The notes under the pieces were generated by a model that was not told the origin of the DNA, did no database searches, and was given only the letters and a program-made list of their open reading frames with translations. 37,540 nt of DNA from Anaerolineae bacterium. Lineage in GTDB: Bacteria; Chloroflexota; Anaerolineae; B4-G1; DUEL01. The first letter of the stretch is position 1. Every line of letters begins with the position of its first letter. Below, piece by piece: positions 8,797 through 17,632 of the stretch. A program made the position numbers and the translations under genes. The DNA lies in contig JBDOIF010000070.1 in NCBI GenBank assembly GCA_041082215.1, positions 1 to 37,540 of the forward strand, given 5' to 3'.

Positions 8797-10170
8797 TTAC
8801 GGAATGCGTCCTGCCTCTTCCAGAACTTCGGTGTACTGGCTCTGGATGTTCCCGATCGTCGTCTCCAGGTCCTGGGCGTCGGTCAGGAAGAGGGGGATCT
8901 CCGTCATCAGGATGTCCCGGAGCTGGGCCGTCTCCCGGATGTCGGCGAAGCCCTTGCCGTACTCCTGCATCAGCTCCGCCATCCGCTGCATCACAGCATC
9001 CTCCTCTACAAACCCGAACCAGGCGTCCTGGCGGGGCGGGAAGGAGCCGAAGTGGGAGTTGTAGGTGTTCAGGTTCTCCGCCGAGCCGAGGAACTTGAGG
9101 AATTCAGCCGCCTCCGCCACGTGCTCTGAGTAGGCCGGGACAGCCAGCCAGTCGTTGAAGACCTGCACCACCGGGCTGCTGGCGGGGAAGTCGGGGTGGG
9201 TGAAGCCGGGGAAGAGCTCGATCCGCTCCCAGATCGGGTCGTTGGTGGGCGGCGCGCCCCACAGGTTGCCCCAGTAGCAGGCGAGCATATCGCTGGCCAG
9301 AAGGGCGCCCGTGACCTCAGGCAGATCGGCGACGGTCTCATCCGGGAACTGGGCGCGGTGGATGTCGTACATGTACTGGAGCGCGGCGCGGGCCTCGGGG
9401 CTGTCGAAGTTGGGAGTGCCGTCCTCATTGTAGAGCGTGCCGCCCAGCGTCCAGATCAGGGAGATGAACTCCTGCCAGTCCCCCCGGCCGCCGGTGGCCG
9501 CCTCGCCGGTGGCCTGGAACCCCTTCAGCACAATCGCCCCGTTCTCGATGACCGTCACATCCCCCGCCATCTGCACCATCTCATCGAAGGTGGCGGGCAC
9601 GTGGTCCCACCCGGCGTTCTCCAGGAGGTCCATCCGGCACATATAGGCCCGCGGCGCTGTCAGCCAGGGGATGCCCCGTGGCTCCCCTTCCCAGGTGACC
9701 GTGTCCAGTGTGGAGGGGAGGAACTGGGCAAAGCCGTCCCAGTCGGCGAAATACTCGCCCAGCGGAGCCAGCCGATCGCCGTACTCGGCGATGTATTCGG
9801 AGCCCAGATTGATGATGTCGGCTCCCTGACCGGCAGCGAAGTACCCCTGCACCGTCTCATCCAGCGTTCCCCAGTTCACGTAAATGAACTCCACGTTGAT
9901 GTTGGGGTGTTCCGCCTGGAAGGCCGGGACCACCTCCTCCTCCAGCCACTTGTCCGTTCTGTCGGGGATGTAGTCCACCACCATCATCTGGATGGTGACA
10001 GCCTCCTCTGTGGGAGCCTCCGTCGCCTCCTCTGTCGGCGCTTCCGTCGCCTCTGTCGGCGCTTCCGTAGGGACCTCCGTCGGCTGCGGCGTGGGTTTGG
10101 GGGCGCAGGCGGAGAGGAGGAGCGCCAGCACACTTACAACCGCTACGAGGATCAAAAGTTTCTTGCCCAT
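8797..10170 (-). CDS. Sugar ABC transporter solute-binding lipoprotein
   Basis: Lipobox LLLSAC, PTEA-repeat linker, FQAEHPNINVE motif. ATG at 10170. Confidence 0.92.
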   Translation of the reverse strand: MGKKLLILVAVVSVLALLLSACAPKPTPQPTEVPTEAPTEATEAPTEEATEAPTEEAVTIQMMVVDYIPDRTDKWLEEEVVPAFQAEHPNINVEFIYVNWGTLDETVQGYFAAGQGADIINLGSEYIAEYGDRLAPLGEYFADWDGFAQFLPSTLDTVTWEGEPRGIPWLTAPRAYMCRMDLLENAGWDHVPATFDEMVQMAGDVTVIENGAIVLKGFQATGEAATGGRGDWQEFISLIWTLGGTLYNEDGTPNFDSPEARAALQYMYDIHRAQFPDETVADLPEVTGALLASDMLACYWGNLWGAPPTNDPIWERIELFPGFTHPDFPASSPVVQVFNDWLAVPAYSEHVAEAAEFLKFLGSAENLNTYNSHFGSFPPRQDAWFGFVEEDAVMQRMAELMQEYGKGFADIRETAQLRDILMTEIPLFLTDAQDLETTIGNIQSQYTEVLEEAGRIP

Positions 10171-10291
10171 CTCTTTCTTTCCTCCCTGAATGAGATGATA
10201 CATGGCTTACCCGTATTCGATTGTCGCTGTTTTATAGCCTGTTCCTTACCCCCCCCGTCACCTCCTTCAATGTTTCTGGGCAATTCTGGCT

Positions 10292-11140
10292 TTAGCGCAA
10301 TTTTTCGATCCGGTGTCGGACCTCCCCAGCAAACCGCTCGATGAAACCCTGGACATAGGCCGGAATGTCCCTGGACGGGTCTTCAATCAGCGGGGAAAGG
10401 TCCATCGCAAAGAGAAGCCCCGTGGCGACGTCCACCTCGTGAGAGGCGAAGTAGGTGGCGTGGGCCCGCCGCCGTCCCATCGTCGCCAGGTCGTACCGCT
10501 TCCCACCGCTGATCTGAGAGTCAAACACCCCCAGCAGCGCCGCCTGAAGGTTCTCGTGGGCCGAGCAGTCGAACGGGACCTTGTCCGCATCCACCATCCA
10601 ATCCAGGTCCCGCCAGATCTCACATCCGTAGAGGCGGCGGGGCCGCATCTCCGCCGGCAACCGACGGATCGCCTCGATCACTCGCAGCGCTGTCGCCACG
10701 TGGGTGTCGTGCTTGTCGGCCAGGTTGTGAGTGTAGACCACCTGAGGCCGGGCTGCCGTCAGCACCTGCACCAGGTCCTCCACCGGCCGGATATCCCTTC
10801 CGTTTTTCACAACGGAGCTGGGGTAGTCCAGCAGCACCTGGGCGCTGTACTCCCCCACCACGGCCGCCTTCTTCTGCTCCCCCCGCCGGACCGCCCGCAT
10901 CGCCTCGTCGGAGTAGCTTCCATAGAGGCCGGCTCTGGGCGACCCGCCGCCGTCGGTAAGGACCACGCCGCAGAACCACTTCTCCGGGTTCTGAAAGCAC
11001 TCCAGAATTCCTGGAATCCCCAGGATCTCCACGTCGTCCTGATGGGCGCCGATCCCCATGTGGGTCGTCCGCGCCAGCGCCTCCTGCATCGGGAGGCCGT
11101 CGGGGACGAAGACCTCTGCTCCGTCCTGGTGGAATTTCAT
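10292..11140 (-). CDS. PIG-L/LmbE family deacetylase
   Basis: AHQDD and HNLADKHDTH metal motifs. Start MKFHQ at 11140 overlaps the upstream stop. Confidence 0.9.
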   Translation of the reverse strand: MKFHQDGAEVFVPDGLPMQEALARTTHMGIGAHQDDVEILGIPGILECFQNPEKWFCGVVLTDGGGSPRAGLYGSYSDEAMRAVRRGEQKKAAVVGEYSAQVLLDYPSSVVKNGRDIRPVEDLVQVLTAARPQVVYTHNLADKHDTHVATALRVIEAIRRLPAEMRPRRLYGCEIWRDLDWMVDADKVPFDCSAHENLQAALLGVFDSQISGGKRYDLATMGRRRAHATYFASHEVDVATGLLFAMDLSPLIEDPSRDIPAYVQGFIERFAGEVRHRIEKLR

Positions 11141-12546
11141 CGTTCCCTCCGTTCGATCACCGGCAGGCTGGCCGCCGCCACCGCCTGCCCCACCCGCCGG
11201 CTCTTCTCGTCCGGCAGATGGAGCCGGACCCGGCCTGCCAGCTCCGGGAATTCCCCCTGCAGCACCTCGGCGGCCCCTTCCAGAATCAGGTGCCCACCCC
11301 GGCCGGAGGTGCATCGGCCCAGGATCAGCACGTGCTTCAGCTCGTAGAAATCGGCGTAGTGGGCGACGGCATAACCCAGGTACCGGCCCATGCTCTGCCA
11401 GATGCGGACCGCCCCCTCGTGCCCCGCCTCCAGCTTCTCCTGCACCCGCTTCAGCCTTTCGGCCTTGGGCAGGTCGGCATGGACCTCGATGCCGACCCGG
11501 GGGGCCAGGCGGAAGACCGCCTGCTGGGAAAGGTAGAGAGCGCCGCACCCCCGGTCGCCAGACCATTCGTCTATCGGGGCATGGGGGTTGTAGTCTATAG
11601 GGGCAAAGGCCAGTTCGTTCAGCCAGTTGGTGAGGGTCCCTTCCGGGGTCACGTAGCCGCCAGCTTCGCTGGAGCCGAGGGCGATCCCCAGCACGGCCGT
11701 GTCGTTCAAAGACATCGCCCCCGCCAGCGCCGCTACCTCCCCGTCGTTGACGATCTCCAGCGGTACTCCCATCTCCTCCCGGATGCGCAGGAATAGCTCC
11801 CGTACCTCGCCGAACCGCTCCCGGGGGACCCCCCGGAACAGGGAGGCGACACGGACCCGGTTGTCCACATAGATGCCGGCCGCGCTGCCCCCGATCCCAT
11901 CCACACGGGGCATCCTGGAGGCAGCCGACCGCAGGGCGGCCATGATCTCCTGGTAGTGGTACGACGGATCGCTCTGCACCGTTGGCTCCCAGACCACCTC
12001 CTCGCTGAAGACCACCTCCCCCTCCACAACGGCGGAGACCTTTCGGTCGGAGGCTCCCAGGTCGAAGCCGATGCGGCACCCGTCCAGATGCCCCCCCAGC
12101 GGCCGGTGGACCTCCCGTTCGGGGGGGACCTCCCCGGGCTGGCAGGGGATCACGGTGAAGGGGCTCTCGTAGACCTCTTCCCCCATAAAGTGGCAGTCGA
12201 AGGAGCGGGGACCGTCGGGGGCATAGCACTGCTGAATGTGCTCGCCGATGGGGCGCGGCCCCCCTACGTAAACCCGGTAGCCGCCGCGCTGCCAGAGGAG
12301 GAACTTGAACAGCCGCTCGGCGTAGGGAAGGTTGGCCGCGGCGTGGGGGTGATTGGAAGGGAGGACGCGGGTCTCGAAGCGGGAAAGGGAGCCATCAGGC
12401 CGTTCCAGGCCGAACACCAGCGGCAGGCCGCCGCCAGCCGCAGCGACCTCCTCCCGGAACGCGCGATTGACCAGCGCCGCCGGGCGGAATCCGGCGTCGA
12501 GAGGAGGGCAGAAGCGGGGTTTCACCGACCCGAGGAGCTCGTCCAT
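11137..12546 (-). CDS. ROK family protein (probable sugar kinase) with N-terminal extension
   Basis: GFDLGASDRK, NDGEVAALA, LGSSEAGG and EL motifs. ATG at 12546. Confidence 0.85.
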   Translation of the reverse strand: MDELLGSVKPRFCPPLDAGFRPAALVNRAFREEVAAAGGGLPLVFGLERPDGSLSRFETRVLPSNHPHAAANLPYAERLFKFLLWQRGGYRVYVGGPRPIGEHIQQCYAPDGPRSFDCHFMGEEVYESPFTVIPCQPGEVPPEREVHRPLGGHLDGCRIGFDLGASDRKVSAVVEGEVVFSEEVVWEPTVQSDPSYHYQEIMAALRSAASRMPRVDGIGGSAAGIYVDNRVRVASLFRGVPRERFGEVRELFLRIREEMGVPLEIVNDGEVAALAGAMSLNDTAVLGIALGSSEAGGYVTPEGTLTNWLNELAFAPIDYNPHAPIDEWSGDRGCGALYLSQQAVFRLAPRVGIEVHADLPKAERLKRVQEKLEAGHEGAVRIWQSMGRYLGYAVAHYADFYELKHVLILGRCTSGRGGHLILEGAAEVLQGEFPELAGRVRLHLPDEKSRRVGQAVAAASLPVIERRER

Positions 12547-12582
12547 AGATACACTGCTCCCGCCTGGCGCCTTCCCCACCTG

Positions 12583-13806
12583 TCACGGAGTGACCCCGCC
12601 GGACGTTGTCTCGGCGATCGTCGCGCCGATCCCGCCAGCCAGCGGGGCAAACAGCCCAAGCTCATAGGTCAACACCAGGGCGGAGGCCCCCAGGATCACG
12701 ATGTCGTCGGGGTCAATGGCGGAAAAACCCACCTCGGTCTGGCAGGCCACCGCCCCCAGCGATCGCCTGAGCATCTCCTGCCGGATGGCTTCCAGCCAGC
12801 CTTCCCCAAAGCAGGTCACACTCCCGGCGATCAGGATGCGTCGGACGCTGAGGGCGCCCACCAGGTTGGCCGCTGCCACGCCCAGGTACTTCGCCGCCTC
12901 CAGGACCGGCTGCCGGACCCGCTCGTCACCGTTCTGGAAGGCCCGGCAGACATCGGCGATGGTGGTGGTCTGAGCCGCGCGGCGGGCCCGCTGGAGGATG
13001 GCCCGGGCGCTGGCCACTGTCTCCAGGCAGCCGAAGTTGCCGCACCGACACCGCTCCCCCTCTTCGACCACGGCCACGTGGCCGATCTCCCCGGCGCCGA
13101 AGGTGCTGCCGTAGAAGAGCTGGCCGTTCAACACAATGCCGGCGCCGATGCCGTGCTCGATTTTGATGAGGACCAGATTGTCCACATCCTTCCCTTTGCC
13201 GAAGGTGTACTCCGCCAGGGCGGCCACCTGACAGTCATTGGCCACGTAGATAGGGAGGGCGTACCGTTCTTCCAGCAGGCGGCGGAGTGGTAGGTCCTGC
13301 CAGTCCAGGTTGACCGCCTGCCGCACGACGCCGTTGACGGGGTCCATCAGCCCGGGGGTACCGATGCCGATACCCAGCAGGGGGCGGTCGGTAGCGGAGG
13401 CCAGCTCGTCAATCAGCCGGTAGACGAGCTGGAGGGCTGCCTCTCCGTCCTGACCGTGCAGGGGTAGGTGGACGCGATGGCGGGTTTCCCCCCGGAGGTT
13501 AATCACAGCGCCGCGGAAGGCGTCGCTGGCCAGGTCTATGCCGATGAGATGGCGGGCGTCGTCCACGACGCTGAGGAGGATGGGGGGCTTGCCTCCTTCT
13601 GAGGGGCCCTGTCCTACTTCTTCGACCAGCCCCTCTTCCATCAGTTCAGCGACCATATCGGAGACGGTGGGGCGGGTCAGCCCGGTGATGCGGGCGATCT
13701 CGGCGCGGCTGATCCGGCCGTGATCATAGATTGTTTTCAACACCAGCCGGCTGTTGTGGAGACGGGTTTGCTGGTGTGTCGCCTTTCTGGACGAGTGGGC
13801 GGGCAT
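12583..13806 (-). CDS. ROK family transcriptional repressor (NagC/XylR-like)
   Basis: N-terminal HTH (ISRAEIARITGLTRPTVS), GEIGH motif and CRCGNFGCLE zinc motif. Confidence 0.93.
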   Translation of the reverse strand: MPAHSSRKATHQQTRLHNSRLVLKTIYDHGRISRAEIARITGLTRPTVSDMVAELMEEGLVEEVGQGPSEGGKPPILLSVVDDARHLIGIDLASDAFRGAVINLRGETRHRVHLPLHGQDGEAALQLVYRLIDELASATDRPLLGIGIGTPGLMDPVNGVVRQAVNLDWQDLPLRRLLEERYALPIYVANDCQVAALAEYTFGKGKDVDNLVLIKIEHGIGAGIVLNGQLFYGSTFGAGEIGHVAVVEEGERCRCGNFGCLETVASARAILQRARRAAQTTTIADVCRAFQNGDERVRQPVLEAAKYLGVAAANLVGALSVRRILIAGSVTCFGEGWLEAIRQEMLRRSLGAVACQTEVGFSAIDPDDIVILGASALVLTYELGLFAPLAGGIGATIAETTSGGVTP

Positions 13807-13835
13807 AGTCCTCCTCTCAGCGGGGACAACTTTGA

Positions 13836-13854
13836 TAGTAAAGTTAACTTACTA
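13836..13854. promoter_or_regulatory. Putative ROK repressor operator
   Basis: Palindrome TAGTAA-N7-TTACTA immediately downstream of the -10 box. Confidence 0.75.
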
Positions 13855-13860
13855 ACTGAT

Positions 13861-13889
13861 AGTATATACGAATTTTCTCCATTTGTCAA
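13861..13889 (-). promoter_or_regulatory. Sigma70-type promoter of the amino-sugar operon
   Basis: TTGACA (13889-13884), 17-nt spacer, TATACT (13866-13861). Confidence 0.85.
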
Positions 13890-13904
13890 TCCCCGGTTGC
13901 TGGT

Positions 13905-13997
13905 GAGTGTATTTCAGTTTGGGGGCGAGATGTCCCTGGCCCGGGCCGGACCTGGGGAAACACGAATGGCGCGAATGGAAACGAATACTGCGAATGG
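13905..13997 (+). mobile_element. Partial copy (one arm) of the MITE-like element at 20804-20995
   Basis: 13907-13988 matches the reverse complement of 20911-20992 at 79/82 nt and includes the 9-nt CGAAT units. Confidence 0.8.
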
Positions 13998-14078
13998 AGC
14001 AGGTAGGTGTTCGGGCCATTCTGCACGCGCAGGCTCCGCCGGACTGGCGGGCGGTGGGGTTTTGGTACTTTCTAACTA

Positions 14079-14106
14079 TTGACCAGATGGGAAATTGTGG
14101 TAAAAT
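14079..14106 (+). promoter_or_regulatory. Putative sigma70 promoter with extended -10
   Basis: TTGACC, 16-nt spacer, TAAAAT preceded by TGn. Confidence 0.6.
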
Positions 14107-14163
14107 CAAATAAAGTGAGGTCAGAAACCCGAAAGTTGATCAGGGCAATGCCCTGGGCTGATA

Positions 14164-14199
14164 AGCGTGTCACCTCTTTCGGTGACACGCTCTTTTTTT
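14164..14199 (+). terminator. Intrinsic terminator in the leader of the surface-protein gene
   Basis: 11-bp stem AGCGTGTCACC/GGTGACACGCT followed by C and T7. Confidence 0.85.
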
Positions 14200-14372
14200 C
14201 TTTTGGTTAGAAGACGGTTAGAATTCCCCGGCCTTTGCCGCCCTCGCTGTACCCTCCGGGAACGCTCAGACCAATCCTGAAGTGGCCTGTCTGAACTCAT
14301 CGCCCCTCCCACCGAACCAGGCCCCGCCGGTCCGCCAGCGGCCCGGGGCTCTCAGGCCACGGGAGGAATGAG

Positions 14373-17300
14373 ATGGGACTGATAAGATTCTCAAATAGAC
14401 AAATGTTCGTCCTGACAGCAGCGATTGGCGTACTCCTGACGGTCGGCGCCTGGCTCCTTCTCTCACCGTCCTGGGCAACTCAGCCAGCCCTCGCCGCACC
14501 CCTCAAGGAGGACCAGCCCGACGGCAGCATCCTCACCCCCACCCAGGCCATCAGCGGCACCTGGGGGCCGGGGACGGTCACCGCCACAGCCGATGTCACC
14601 ATCCTCCCCGGTGTGGTGATCACCGTGGCCCCCCACACCACAATCCTGGTAGCGGACGGGGTGGGGATCACCGTGCAGGGGGAGCTTCACACCGACGGCC
14701 CGGTCACCTTCACCACCGCCTCCTCCCCCGCCACACCCGGCGCCTGGAAGGGGCTTGCCTACGCCCCCGGAAGCAGCGGCTACCTCTATCAAACGACGGT
14801 TGAGTACGCCGAGCACGGCCTTGTGCTGAACACCGCTAACCCGATCACCATCTCCGGCTCCACCTTCCGCTATAACCGGCACGCGCCCCCCGCCGGGGAG
14901 GACGCCTTCGGAGCCGGGATCGCTATCTTCACCGGCTCCCACCTCATCACCGGTACCCATATCTACGGCAACCTCCTCCTCGCCACCGGCGACGGCGGCG
15001 ACGCCTTCGGCGGCGGCATCGCCATCCAGGGCGCAGGGTCGCAGGTGATCCGCTCCGCCGTCTACGCCAACGAGATCACCTCCACCCTCGGCTTCGCCGT
15101 CGGCGGCGGCATCGCCATCCTCGGCGATGGCAACGCCTCCCTCATCGAGGACAGCCAGGTGACCACCAACTCCCTCTACGCCCTGGGTGTGGACAGCGTG
15201 ACCCGGTACGGCGCTGGGGCCGGCATCGGCTTCCCGGAAGGCAGCCATACCCGTGCCGTGATCCGGGGGAACCTCATTGCCAATAACCAGAACCGTTCTG
15301 TCGTTGCGGCCGGCGGCGGGATCGGGATGGCCAGTGGGGCAGAGGCCGCCTCCATCGAGGGCAACGTGATTGTCAACAACCTCTGCGAAAGCCCCGGAGG
15401 GGACGTCTCCACGATGGACAACTACTGGGCCGAAGGGGGCGGGATTGACACCTGGGATCAGAACGTCGTCACAGTGACCAATAACCTGATCCTCAGCAAC
15501 ACGGTCCGGTGCGTGGGCCGCTGTTATCAGAACACCGGTCCGGTGGGTGGCGGGATGCTGGTGAACGGCCGCTCCGTCATCTCTCCCACCCGGGTGATCA
15601 ACAACACGGTCGTGGGGAACCGCGCCGAAGGGCAGACAAGCGGAGGATATGGCGGGGCCTTCGGCGCCCAGCGTTACGGGGTCTTTGCCAATAACGTCAT
15701 CGCAGACAACAGCAGCACCGGCTCCGGCGGCGCCTTCTACTGGTGGAGCGGAGTCTCGACGGGGTACAACGACCTCTGGAACAACACGCCGAACGATTAC
15801 GGCGGCGCTCCCCCCGCCTCCCGTCCGGGCGAGATCGCCCTCTCCCCCCAGTTCGCCGACACTGGCTTCTGGAAATACCACCTGAGCCTGGGCTCACCCG
15901 CGCGGGATGCAGGCACCTGCACCGGCGCGCCCGCCAGCGACTTCGAGGGGGATGCCCGCCCCCTGGGCTGGGGGTGCGATATGGGATGGGACGAAACCGG
16001 CTATCTGATGTTCTCCAAGTCCGTTGATCGGACCATCGCCAGCCCCGACCTTCCCATCCAGTACACCATCCGCGTCACCAACACCGACCTCCACATCGAG
16101 GCCCCCATCCTCATCACAGACCCCCTCGACATCAGCCTGCACTGGATTTCGGGCGGCGCTGAGATCGGCGGCGAGGTCATCCTGAGCGGAACGGTTCCCC
16201 CCGGCAGCGCGCTCGACTTCTCCTTCATCGCTGCCGCCAATCGGGGCGTGCCCGACGGCACGGTGGTGACCAACACCGCCTACATCTCCGACGGCCGTTA
16301 CATCTCCCCCACCAACTCGGTCACCACCACCATCTACAGCCCCGCCCTCACCGTCACCAAAGAGGCGGCTGACGGGGTCATCGGCGCCCCGCTCACCTAC
16401 ACCCTCCACGTCCACAACACCGGCGCCGGACTGGCGACGGACGTAGTGGTGACCGACGCCGTGCCGGCAGGGGCGACCTACCTCTCCGGCGGCGTGGAGA
16501 GCGACGGCGTGGTCTCGTGGACCATCCCGACCATCGGGCCCGGCGGCGAGGAGACGGTCACCTTCACCGTCCGTACCTGCCAGGAGAACCTGACCAATGA
16601 CGACTATCGGGTCGTCACCAGCACTCAGGGCATCGCCAGCCCGCCCGGTCCCGCTCTGGTTACGTTGCTGACACCGCCGGCCGTCGTCGCCGACTTCGCC
16701 TACGGCCCTGCGACACCGGTGGCAGGGGAGACGGTCTACTTCACCAGCACCAGCACCACCGATGGCAGTCCCCTCGTCGCCTGGACCTGGGATTTCGATG
16801 GCGGGGCCGGCTCCGGTGAGACGACTGCCCACACCTACAGTGCGCCGGGCACTTATACCGTCACCCTGGTCGTCACCGACGGCTGCGGCTATGCGGCCAC
16901 GATGGCAAAGCCAGTGGAGGTCTACGCCCTGCTCACCGTCCACACTATCGGCGGCGGCTCGGTGAGCGTCACGCCGGAGAAGCCCCTCTACCGATACGGG
17001 GACGTGGTCACTCTCACCGCCATACCCGACCCCGGCTGGCGTTTTGTCGGCTGGAGCGGCGACCTTTCCGGAAGCGACAACCCCATCACTCTTACCATTA
17101 CCGACAACACCACCGTCAACGCCACCTTCACGCAGGAAACGTATCGGCTCACCATCCACGTGGTCGGGAACGGCTCAGTGGGGGTGCGGCCGGACCGGGT
17201 GACGTTCTATTACGGCGAAGTGATTACGCTCACCGCCATACCCGGCCCCGGCTGGCGCTTTGCTGGCTGGAGTGGGGACCTGGGGGGCGCTGAGAACCCC

Positions 17301-17603
17301 ATCTCCTTCAATATCACCCACAATACGGTCGTCACCGCCACCTTCGAGCAGGAGGAGTACACCCTCACGATCAACGTGGTGGGGAATGGCACGGTGATCG
17401 TCGAGCCGGACCAGCCCACCTACCATTACGGCGACATAGTCACAATCACCGCCATCGCCGATCCCAACTGGAGCTTTGTTGGGTGGGGCGGCGACATCTC
17501 CGGCTCCAGTAATCCCAACACCATTGTCATCACCAGAGATACCGTCGTTACTGTCATCTTCAGCCAGCACGTCATCTACCTGCCGATAGTGATGAAAGGG
17601 TAG
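14373..17603 (+). CDS. Large secreted/surface protein: beta-helix region, two DUF11-like domains, PKD domain, three B-repeat-like domains
   Basis: Signal-like N-terminus, GGGI repeats, YTI.V.N motifs, WTWDFDG..HTYSAPGTYTVTLVV, three Y.YG.V.TLTA..P.W.F.GW.GD repeats, C-terminal VIYLPIVMKG. Confidence 0.88.
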   Translation: MGLIRFSNRQMFVLTAAIGVLLTVGAWLLLSPSWATQPALAAPLKEDQPDGSILTPTQAISGTWGPGTVTATADVTILPGVVITVAPHTTILVADGVGITVQGELHTDGPVTFTTASSPATPGAWKGLAYAPGSSGYLYQTTVEYAEHGLVLNTANPITISGSTFRYNRHAPPAGEDAFGAGIAIFTGSHLITGTHIYGNLLLATGDGGDAFGGGIAIQGAGSQVIRSAVYANEITSTLGFAVGGGIAILGDGNASLIEDSQVTTNSLYALGVDSVTRYGAGAGIGFPEGSHTRAVIRGNLIANNQNRSVVAAGGGIGMASGAEAASIEGNVIVNNLCESPGGDVSTMDNYWAEGGGIDTWDQNVVTVTNNLILSNTVRCVGRCYQNTGPVGGGMLVNGRSVISPTRVINNTVVGNRAEGQTSGGYGGAFGAQRYGVFANNVIADNSSTGSGGAFYWWSGVSTGYNDLWNNTPNDYGGAPPASRPGEIALSPQFADTGFWKYHLSLGSPARDAGTCTGAPASDFEGDARPLGWGCDMGWDETGYLMFSKSVDRTIASPDLPIQYTIRVTNTDLHIEAPILITDPLDISLHWISGGAEIGGEVILSGTVPPGSALDFSFIAAANRGVPDGTVVTNTAYISDGRYISPTNSVTTTIYSPALTVTKEAADGVIGAPLTYTLHVHNTGAGLATDVVVTDAVPAGATYLSGGVESDGVVSWTIPTIGPGGEETVTFTVRTCQENLTNDDYRVVTSTQGIASPPGPALVTLLTPPAVVADFAYGPATPVAGETVYFTSTSTTDGSPLVAWTWDFDGGAGSGETTAHTYSAPGTYTVTLVVTDGCGYAATMAKPVEVYALLTVHTIGGGSVSVTPEKPLYRYGDVVTLTAIPDPGWRFVGWSGDLSGSDNPITLTITDNTTVNATFTQETYRLTIHVVGNGSVGVRPDRVTFYYGEVITLTAIPGPGWRFAGWSGDLGGAENPISFNITHNTVVTATFEQEEYTLTINVVGNGTVIVEPDQPTYHYGDIVTITAIADPNWSFVGWGGDISGSSNPNTIVITRDTVVTVIFSQHVIYLPIVMKG

Positions 17604-17630
17604 GACAACTCCACAGGAGTTGTCCTACCC
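17598..17630. repeat. Perfect 15-bp GTAG-type palindrome between convergent genes (REP-like / bidirectional terminator)
   Basis: GGGTAGGACAACTCC-ACA-GGAGTTGTCCTACCC; supplies the TAG stop of the upstream gene. Confidence 0.8.
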
Positions 17631-17632
17631 GG

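Noticed and set aside
9995..10095. Tandem repeats in the solute-binding gene as a mobile repeat
   Set aside because: Codon-phased PTEA/TEE linker after the lipobox; ordinary low-complexity protein tether.
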